Origin: an uncultured Ilumatobacteraceae bacterium
Lineage (GTDB): Bacteria > Actinomycetota > Acidimicrobiia > Acidimicrobiales > Ilumatobacteraceae
Assembly (NCBI GenBank): GCA_964529005.1
Contig: CAZGUH010000012.1
Coordinates: forward strand, 57,007 to 81,006
Length of the DNA stretch: 24,000 nucleotides
Direction of reading: 5' to 3'
The translations under genes and the position numbers were made by a program. The notes below the pieces were generated by a model. It ran no database searches, was not told where the DNA came from, and saw only the letters and a list, made by a program, of their open reading frames with translations. Positions 8,472 through 15,088 of this stretch are shown here, in pieces (within the stretch, counting starts at the first letter, position 1; the number at the start of each line of letters is the position of its first letter).

Positions 8472-9003
8472 TCGAGGTCCCCGAACTCCAGCGCGGACAG
8501 CGTTCGAGGAAGCGGAGCGCGGCAGCTGCAGACTCCCTCCGCCAGAGGTGAACGATGTCGGCGTCGTCGCCGTTCGCGTCGAGGGCGGCGAGGAACTCGG
8601 TGATGCGGGCGTGTTGGGCATCGAGTGTGTCGGTGATGTCGATGCCGTTCCCGGCGGCGAGGACGATCTTGAGCAACAGCTCACTGCGTAGATCACGCAA
8701 ATGGCGCACCGGCGTGTGGAGCCAGCGGCGGAACTGGGCTCGGCCGCGGCGGGTGGCGGTGAGGATCGTGCGGCTGCCGCCGGCGATGCCGGGCTCCTCG
8801 GCGATCGGCTCGATCAGGCCGCGGCTGGCGAGCTGGTCGAGCGACCGGTACGTGAGGGCTCGGGACAGGGACCAGATCCGGCCGATGTTGGCGTCGGGTT
8901 TGAGGCGCGCGGCGATGGCGAAGCCGTGGGTGGGCGCCTCGTAGAGGATCCCCAGGCACGCCCATTCGCCGAGCAGCAGATCGTTGGCATCTGTCCGTGC
9001 CAT
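8458..9003 (-). CDS. PadR-like transcriptional regulator
   Basis: LLLGEWACLGILYEAPTHGFAIAARLKPDANIGRIWSLSRALTYRSLDQLASRGLIEP; start reassigned from 9231 to the ATG at 9003. Confidence 0.8.
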   Translation of the reverse strand: MARTDANDLLLGEWACLGILYEAPTHGFAIAARLKPDANIGRIWSLSRALTYRSLDQLASRGLIEPIAEEPGIAGGSRTILTATRRGRAQFRRWLHTPVRHLRDLRSELLLKIVLAAGNGIDITDTLDAQHARITEFLAALDANGDDADIVHLWRRESAAAALRFLERCPRWSSGTSIRPA

Positions 9004-9052
9004 GCGCCCCAGTGTGGCGTCTCGCGTCACCGGCTGAAGGGAGCGGCGCTCG

Positions 9053-9808
9053 TCATGGCGAGACGAACCCGTACGACGCGAGGATCGCCTGCCCGGCGTC
9101 GGACAGCACGAAGTCGACGAACAACTGGGCTGCCTGTGGGTTCGGCGCCTCCTTCGTGACGGCGATCGGGTATTCCGCCACCACGTTGACGTCGGCGGGG
9201 ATCTCCACCCCGTCGGCGGCGCCGCCGGCATTGATCACGTCGGTCACGTACACGATCCCGGCGTCGGCCTCACCCAGCGTCACCTTCGACACCACCGCTC
9301 GGACGTTCTCCTCCAACGACTGGAACGCCACCGTCACGCCAGCGTTCTGGAGGACCTGCTCGGCGTAGCGGCCGCACGGCGCCTCGGGCGCGCAGGAGAT
9401 CACGATGAGATCGTCGTCCGCGAGGTCGGCGAGACCGGTGATCTCCTTCGGGTTCCCCGGCTCGACGACGATCTGTGCCCGGTTCGTCGTGAAGACCACC
9501 GGGTCCGACGCGTTGCCGCCGCCGTCGGTCAGCCTCGCCATGTTGTTCAGGTCCGCCGAGGCGAACACGTCCGCGGGCGCCCCCTCACCGATCTGGCTCA
9601 CCAGCTCCGACGAGGCGGCGAAGTTGAACGTGACGCCGGCGTCCGGGTTGGCGGCGGTGAACGCTGTGCCGAGCTCGGTGAACGCATCCGACAACGAGGC
9701 TGCCGCGAACACCGTCACGTCCCCGGCCGTGTCCTCTCCGCCGCACCCCGCCGCGAGGAGGGCGCAGACGGCGAGACCAGCGAGCAGGTGTCGAGCGGCT
9801 CCGCGCAT
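9053..9808 (-). CDS. modA: Molybdate ABC transporter substrate-binding protein
   Basis: Lipobox signal LLAGLAVCALLAAGCGG; VTVFAAASLSDAFTELGTAFTAANPDAGVTFNFAASSELVSQIGEGAPADVFASADLNNM; ADAGIVYVTDV. Start reassigned to the ATG at 9808. Confidence 0.92.
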   Translation of the reverse strand: MRGAARHLLAGLAVCALLAAGCGGEDTAGDVTVFAAASLSDAFTELGTAFTAANPDAGVTFNFAASSELVSQIGEGAPADVFASADLNNMARLTDGGGNASDPVVFTTNRAQIVVEPGNPKEITGLADLADDDLIVISCAPEAPCGRYAEQVLQNAGVTVAFQSLEENVRAVVSKVTLGEADAGIVYVTDVINAGGAADGVEIPADVNVVAEYPIAVTKEAPNPQAAQLFVDFVLSDAGQAILASYGFVSP

Positions 9809-9815
9809 CCGACGC

Positions 9816-9834
9816 ACGTTAGTCACGTCGTGAC
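9816..9834 (-). promoter_or_regulatory. modA -10 element with adjacent perfect palindrome
   Basis: TAACGT (complement of 9816-9821) lies 7 nt before the ATG at 9808; GTCACG-T-CGTGAC palindrome at 9822-9834. Confidence 0.5.
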
Positions 9835-9858
9835 GAACGAAACGTCAAGCGCTGACTA

Positions 9859-10341
9859 TCAGCTCACCAGCGCTTGCGTCGCCGTGGACTTCAGCATGGC
9901 ATTCGCCCAGCGCATCTGGCGGAGCGATTCCGGATGGCATCGCTCGGTGAGCGCCAGCAGCTGGCGCTGGCGGGCGCCCTGGGCGGCTTGGCCGAGCAGC
10001 TCCCAGTCGAGGGACACTCCGGCAGCTTTCAGGTGGACCTCGCGAAGGTCGCGGAGCAGGAGCAGCGCCGGTTCACCGCGCCGGCCGACGAGCTCTGCGC
10101 CCTTCTCCCGCAGGCGGCTCATCATCGCCGCCGTGTCGTGCGGCTCGGAATCGAGCTGGACGTCGTAATCGCCGGCGATGGCGGCCAGGTCGCGAACGTG
10201 GCCCCGGCTCCAGCGTGCGAGGTCGCGAGCGACGTAGAAGATCTCGTGGTCGGTCTTGTGGCGATCCGAGACCTGGAGCAGCTCGTGCGCCAGGTCGTTC
10301 TCGGAGCGATGCAACTCGCGGATGGCGAGCCCCAGCTTCAT
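9859..10341 (-). CDS. 161-aa helical hypothetical protein, overlaps the molybdopterin oxidoreductase gene by 4 bp
   Basis: ATG at 10341 overlaps the stop of the upstream gene (10338). Product MKLGLAIRELHRSENDLAHELLQVSDRHKTDHEIFYVARDLARWSRGHVRD... is rich in His, Glu and Asp; no family recognised. Confidence 0.8.
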   Translation of the reverse strand: MKLGLAIRELHRSENDLAHELLQVSDRHKTDHEIFYVARDLARWSRGHVRDLAAIAGDYDVQLDSEPHDTAAMMSRLREKGAELVGRRGEPALLLLRDLREVHLKAAGVSLDWELLGQAAQGARQRQLLALTERCHPESLRQMRWANAMLKSTATQALVS

Positions 10342-12788
10342 CGTGCGCCCTCCGTCGTCTCGTCGGCTTCGGCGTCGCTGCCTCCGACGGTGGTCGGCAC
10401 CGAGGCATCGAGCGGCCGCGACGCCGTGGTGGTGGGGGCCGGCGCAGGCGTGCCGTCGCTCAATGCGACCACCTCGAGGCGCGCAGCGGAGGTCTTGAAC
10501 AACGGCTGCTTCGAGCACGGGTCCCAGTCGGTGAGCGTCAGCTCGTTCGCCGCCCGACCGAGACCGTCGGGTTCCGAGCCGCTCGGCCGGTCCCAGTAGC
10601 CGTAGTGGAACGGCAGGAAGGCGACGCCGCGGCGGATGCCGCAGATCCGCGCCTTGGCGCTGACCGTTCCGCGCGGTGTCTCGATCTGCATGAGGTCGCC
10701 CTCTGCCGCACCGAGCGCCTCCGCGTCCGGCGCCGACAGCTCGACCCACACGTCGGGTGCAGCGCGGTCGAGTTGCGGGGCCTTGGCGGTCTTCGTGCGC
10801 GTGTGGAAGTGGTACAGCGTCCGGCCGGTGATGAGGCGGAACGGGTAGTCGTCGGACGTCTCCTCGTGCGGGGGCAGGTAGTCGGCCGCCTTGATCACCG
10901 CCTTGCCGTCCGGGTTGAGCGCCTTGTACTCGGTTTCCGACAGCGGCGCGCCGGTCACCAGGTCGCGGCCGTAGCTCTCGCAGACGTCGGGCGCGCTCCA
11001 GAACGCGCCGTCGGCGTAGAGACGCTCGGCGCCGTCGGGGTGATCCTCGTTGCACGGCCATTGGACACCGCTTCCGCCGCGCAGCTTGTCGTAGGTCAGC
11101 CCGGTGTAGTCGCAGAGCTGGCCGCGGCTGCACTCCTTCCACGCCTCGAACGCGCCCTCGGCGTCGCTCCATTTGACCAGCGGCTCGCCGTCCTTGTCCT
11201 TCAGCCCCAACCGGTGGGCGAAATCGACGAGCACGTCGAGATCAGGCCGAGCCTCGCCGGGGGGCTCGACCGCCTTCTCGGAGATGTGGACGGTGCGATC
11301 GACGTTCGTGAACGTCCCGGTCTTCTCACCCCACGTCGCTGCGGGCAGCACCACATCGGCGAGCTGAGCGGTCTCGGTCAGGAACAGGTCCTGGACGACG
11401 AGAAAGAGGCGCTCCTGGGAGAGGATGGAGCGGATGCGCGCCAGCTCGGGGAGCGAGACCGCAGGGTTGGTCGCCGTCACCCACATGAAGCGGATCGAGC
11501 CTTGCTCGGCATAGCGCATCATCTCCATCACGTGCGTCGGTGGGGAGTAATGCGGGATGTTCATCGGATCGACGTTCCACAGCCGCGCCAGATCCTCGAT
11601 GTGAGACATGTTGTGCCAGTTGCGGAACGCCGGCATGTCGCCGTCGGCGCCGCACTCCCGCGTGTTCTCCGCGGTCGGTTGCCCGTTCATCTGGAGCACG
11701 CCGCAGCCGGGCTTGCCGAGCATGCCGCGGATGATGTGGACGTTGTTGACCTGTGTCGCGGCCGCCGTCGCTTGATGTGACTGGTAGAAGCCCTGGAGCA
11801 CGGACGAGAAGAGGCGATCGGCCGTGCCGATCATCTCTGCGGCACGTTGCAGGTCGGCAGCCGGCACGTCGCAGATCTGGGCGACGCGCGTGATCGGGTA
11901 GTCCTGCACCCGCTTCTCCAGCTCTGCGAAACCGACCGCATGGGCTTCCACATACGTCGGATCGAACCAGCCGTTGCGGACCAGCTCGTGCAGAATGCCG
12001 TTCATCAGCGCGACGTTCGTGCTGGGAAGCGGGGCGAGGTGCACGGTGGCATGACGGGCGACCGGCGTGTCGCGCGGATCGACGCACACCAACGCCGGCG
12101 AATCGTTGCCGGCGAGCCGGTCGAGCACGCGGGTCCACAGCACCGTCTGGGTCTCGGCCATGTTGTGCCCGTAGAGGGCGAGGACGTCGCAGTGGTCGAT
12201 GTCGCTGTACGACCCCGGCTGGCCATCACAACCGAACGACTCTTTCAATGCTTCGGCTGCCGTGGCGGTGCACAAGCGCGTGTTGCCGTCGACGTGGTTG
12301 GTGCCGATTCCGCCATGTGCGATCAGTCCGAGGGTGTAGTACTCCTCGAGGAACAGCTGTCCACTGGTGTAGAAGCTGATCGCCGACGGTCCCTGCTCGT
12401 CGAGGAGGTCGCGGACGCGTTGCACGATGCGCCCCATCGCGGTGTCCCAGTCCGTTTCCACCAGCGTCCCGTTCTGGCGCACGAGCGGTCGCGTCAGGCG
12501 ATCTCTCGCATTGTTCGCCTGCCATCCGAAGAGATCCTTGGGGCCCAGGCGGCCGTGGTTCACCCGATCGACGGCGCGTCCTCGCACCCCGACGATGCGG
12601 CCGTCCTTGACCGCGATGTCGAGCCCGTCACCGTTGCTGTGCAGGATCGTCGCGCTCTGCACCCAGCGCTCGACGTCCGCTTCGTGCAGCCCCGGCTCCA
12701 AGAACATGTCCACCCGCACCGGCCACCGCTCGCCCCGCTCGTACGGCGTCCGTGTCCCCCATGGCTCGGCAATCCGATCGATTCGCAC
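10338..12788 (-). CDS. Molybdopterin-dependent oxidoreductase (nitrate reductase/formate dehydrogenase-like large subunit)
   Basis: NTRLCTATAAEALKESFG (candidate Mo-ligand Cys region), IRGMLGKPGCGVLQMNGQPTAENTRECG, MWVTATNPAVSLPEL, VVLPAATWGEKTGTFTNVDR, YPFRLITGRTLYHFHTRTKT. GTG at 12788 with GAGGAGG upstream. Confidence 0.93.
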   Translation of the reverse strand: MRIDRIAEPWGTRTPYERGERWPVRVDMFLEPGLHEADVERWVQSATILHSNGDGLDIAVKDGRIVGVRGRAVDRVNHGRLGPKDLFGWQANNARDRLTRPLVRQNGTLVETDWDTAMGRIVQRVRDLLDEQGPSAISFYTSGQLFLEEYYTLGLIAHGGIGTNHVDGNTRLCTATAAEALKESFGCDGQPGSYSDIDHCDVLALYGHNMAETQTVLWTRVLDRLAGNDSPALVCVDPRDTPVARHATVHLAPLPSTNVALMNGILHELVRNGWFDPTYVEAHAVGFAELEKRVQDYPITRVAQICDVPAADLQRAAEMIGTADRLFSSVLQGFYQSHQATAAATQVNNVHIIRGMLGKPGCGVLQMNGQPTAENTRECGADGDMPAFRNWHNMSHIEDLARLWNVDPMNIPHYSPPTHVMEMMRYAEQGSIRFMWVTATNPAVSLPELARIRSILSQERLFLVVQDLFLTETAQLADVVLPAATWGEKTGTFTNVDRTVHISEKAVEPPGEARPDLDVLVDFAHRLGLKDKDGEPLVKWSDAEGAFEAWKECSRGQLCDYTGLTYDKLRGGSGVQWPCNEDHPDGAERLYADGAFWSAPDVCESYGRDLVTGAPLSETEYKALNPDGKAVIKAADYLPPHEETSDDYPFRLITGRTLYHFHTRTKTAKAPQLDRAAPDVWVELSAPDAEALGAAEGDLMQIETPRGTVSAKARICGIRRGVAFLPFHYGYWDRPSGSEPDGLGRAANELTLTDWDPCSKQPLFKTSAARLEVVALSDGTPAPAPTTTASRPLDASVPTTVGGSDAEADETTEGAR

Positions 12789-12929
12789 CCGACCTCCTCA
12801 ACGCATGCGCACCGTGCATCTGCCACTACCCGCCAGCGCCGTCTCCCACACGGGCGCGCCACGGGACGCGTGCCGGCGCTCGGTCGTGCTCGTCGCCTAC
12901 GACCTCTGCGCACGGGGTACGGGCTCACC

Positions 12930-13460
12930 GTGCGAACGACCGCCACGGATCACGAGGCAGCCACTGGCCGAGAGGCGACATCGGGGTGGCGGCTGGGCCG
13001 GCGGGCTCGTCACTGGGTGCTCACCGTGCACGTGGCCGTGTCGGTGGGGCTGCTCGGCGACTCCGCCGGGTTCCTCGCCGTGGCGATCCGCCATGCCCGC
13101 GCGGACAGCTCGGCCGTGCGGGACGAGACACGGGAGGTGCTGAAGCTGTTCGCGACCTGGTTCGGGATCCCGCTCAGCTTCCTCGCCTTGCTGAGCGGAC
13201 TCGCGCTCGGACTCGGCACCCGCTGGGGCGTGTTCCGCTACCCCTGGGTGATCGCCAAGCTCGGGCTCATCGTCACCGTGATCGCGGTCGGGGCGCTCGT
13301 GTTCCGACCACTGCTGTTCGACAGCGCGACCGACGACGGCGCCTTGATCGCCGGCGCCGCCTGGGACGTCGCCGCCCTGGCCGTCGCCACTGTCTTCGGC
13401 GTCTTCAAACCCGGCCGACCTCTGCGCGGCTCACGGCACACCGCCGCGCACGACGCCTGA
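12930..13460 (+). CDS. Small integral membrane protein (about four TM segments), DUF2269-like
   Basis: GTG at 12930; VLTVHVAVSVGLLGDSAGFLAVAI, WFGIPLSFLALLSGLALGLGTRWGVFRYPWVIAKLGLIVTVIAVGALVF, AAWDVAALAVATVFGVFKPG. Confidence 0.75.
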   Translation: MRTTATDHEAATGREATSGWRLGRRARHWVLTVHVAVSVGLLGDSAGFLAVAIRHARADSSAVRDETREVLKLFATWFGIPLSFLALLSGLALGLGTRWGVFRYPWVIAKLGLIVTVIAVGALVFRPLLFDSATDDGALIAGAAWDVAALAVATVFGVFKPGRPLRGSRHTAAHDA

Positions 13461-14402
13461 GACGCTCCGGTCCTGCTCGTCGCGCAGCGCGATGTCGACG
13501 TCCTCCCGAACGAGATCGGCGTTGATCGCGATCGCCGCGGCGGAGCCAGCTCCGGCCGACGTGATCACCTGCGCGCGAGGATCGACGGCGTTGCCGGCAG
13601 CCCACACGAGGGGATTGGTGGTGCGCCCAGTGGCATCGGCGACGGCGAAGCCGGCGCCGTCGGTGTCGTACGCGAGCGATGCGGCGAGTCCGTCGTCGTG
13701 GGGGACATTGCCGGGCCGCACGAACACCGCAGCCCGGGCGACGATGCGTTCGCCGTCGATCTCGACGCCGGACAGAGCGTCGGCGATCACGAGACGCGTC
13801 ACGGCGCCGGCCTCGACAGTGATCCCGCGCGCCGCGAGTTGGCGGCGTTCGTCGTGGTCGAGCCGGTAGGTGTGCTCGAAGAACACGACGTCGTCGGACC
13901 ACTGCCGCACGAGCAGGGCGTGCTCGACCGAGCCGGGCAGCGTGCCGAGCACGCCGAGCGGCTGGTCGCGGACTTCCCAACCGTGGCAGTACGGGCAGTG
14001 CAGCAGGTCCTTTCCCCAACGCTCCCGCACACCCGGGATGTCGGGGAGGTGATCCGTGACGCCGGTGGCGACGAGCACCCGCCGTGCGCGCAGGGTGCGG
14101 CCGCTGGCGACCACGACCTCGAGGTCGGGTGTCGCGCTCACCACGCGGTCGTCGACGACCTCCACGCCGTAGCCCGCCACCTCGCGCCGTCCGACGGCCA
14201 GCAATTCTGCCGGCGGCATCCCGTCGCGCGAGAGGAATCCCTGCATGTGCGCGGCGGGCGCGTTGCGCGGGTGTCCGGCGTCGATCACCGCGACCCTGCG
14301 ACGGGCCCGGCCGAGGACGAGCGCGGCGCTGAGGCCAGCGGCGCCGCCGCCGACGACGATCACGTCGTAGAGGGGGGAGGGGTCGGTGCTCTTGTCGTTC
14401 AT
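13431..14402 (-). CDS. Thioredoxin reductase-like NAD(P)/FAD-dependent oxidoreductase
   Basis: VIVVGGGAAGLSAALVLGRARRRVAVID; redox CxxC in LLHCPYCHGWEVRDQ; VWAAGNAVDPRAQVITSAGAGSAAAIAIN. GGAGGT precedes the ATG at 14402. Confidence 0.92.
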   Translation of the reverse strand: MNDKSTDPSPLYDVIVVGGGAAGLSAALVLGRARRRVAVIDAGHPRNAPAAHMQGFLSRDGMPPAELLAVGRREVAGYGVEVVDDRVVSATPDLEVVVASGRTLRARRVLVATGVTDHLPDIPGVRERWGKDLLHCPYCHGWEVRDQPLGVLGTLPGSVEHALLVRQWSDDVVFFEHTYRLDHDERRQLAARGITVEAGAVTRLVIADALSGVEIDGERIVARAAVFVRPGNVPHDDGLAASLAYDTDGAGFAVADATGRTTNPLVWAAGNAVDPRAQVITSAGAGSAAAIAINADLVREDVDIALRDEQDRSVSGVVRGGVP

Positions 14403-14446
14403 CGTTCGTACCTCCGGTGGCAGAGTGCGCCACGGTCGAACGGGGA

Positions 14447-14460
14447 GCAACATTTGTTGC
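14447..14460. promoter_or_regulatory. Perfect inverted repeat in divergent promoter region, candidate operator
   Basis: GCAACA-TT-TGTTGC, between the divergent genes starting at 14402 (-) and 14492 (+). Confidence 0.6.
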
Positions 14461-14491
14461 CGGTTCTGGGAATTCGTAGTTCAATCTGCGC

Positions 14492-15088
14492 GTGGGCACG
14501 TCGGCGGAGATCGCGAGCGTCGTGGCGCAGGTCGGCGAGCGGCTGCGTCACATCAGGACGCAGCGCAGCGTGACACTCGTGCAGCTGTCGGCGGCGACCG
14601 GGATCTCGAAGAGCACGCTGTCGCGGCTCGAGTCGGGCCAACGCAAGCCCAGTCTCGAGCTGCTGCTGCCGATCGCGCAGGCACACGGCATCCCTCTCGA
14701 CGAGCTCGTCGGCGCGCCGGAGGTCGCCGATCCACGGATCCGTCCGCGGCCGCAGAAGCGGGGATCCAGGGTCGTGGTGCCGCTGACGCAGCAACCGCGC
14801 GGGATGCATGCGTGGAAGGTGGTGATCCCGCCGGAACGCCGTGAACCCGAGCTGCGCTCGCACGATGGCTACGAATGGCTGTACGTGCTGAGCGGTGAGT
14901 TGCGACTGTTGCTCGGAGGGCACGACATCACGATGACCGCCGGAGAGGTCGCCGAGTTCGACACCAACGTGCCCCACTGGTTCGGGGCCGCCGGCACACG
15001 GCCGGTCGAGATCCTCAGCTTGCTCGGCAAGCAGGGCGAGCGCGCGCACGTTCGCGCTCGACCGCGCCGCACGAACGGCGACCGATGA
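14492..15088 (+). CDS. XRE-family HTH regulator with C-terminal cupin domain
   Basis: VGERLRHIRTQRSVTLVQLSAATGISKSTLSRLESGQRKPSLELLLPIAQAHGIPLDELVG followed by a cupin (HDGYEWLYVLSGELRLLLGGHDITMTAGEVAEFDTNVPHWFG). Confidence 0.93.
   Translation: MGTSAEIASVVAQVGERLRHIRTQRSVTLVQLSAATGISKSTLSRLESGQRKPSLELLLPIAQAHGIPLDELVGAPEVADPRIRPRPQKRGSRVVVPLTQQPRGMHAWKVVIPPERREPELRSHDGYEWLYVLSGELRLLLGGHDITMTAGEVAEFDTNVPHWFGAAGTRPVEILSLLGKQGERAHVRARPRRTNGDR

Noticed and set aside
10215-13460. 521-aa and 537-aa plus-strand ORFs antisense to the Mo oxidoreductase
   Set aside because: No domain resemblance; only the part from 12930 onwards is a real gene (membrane protein).
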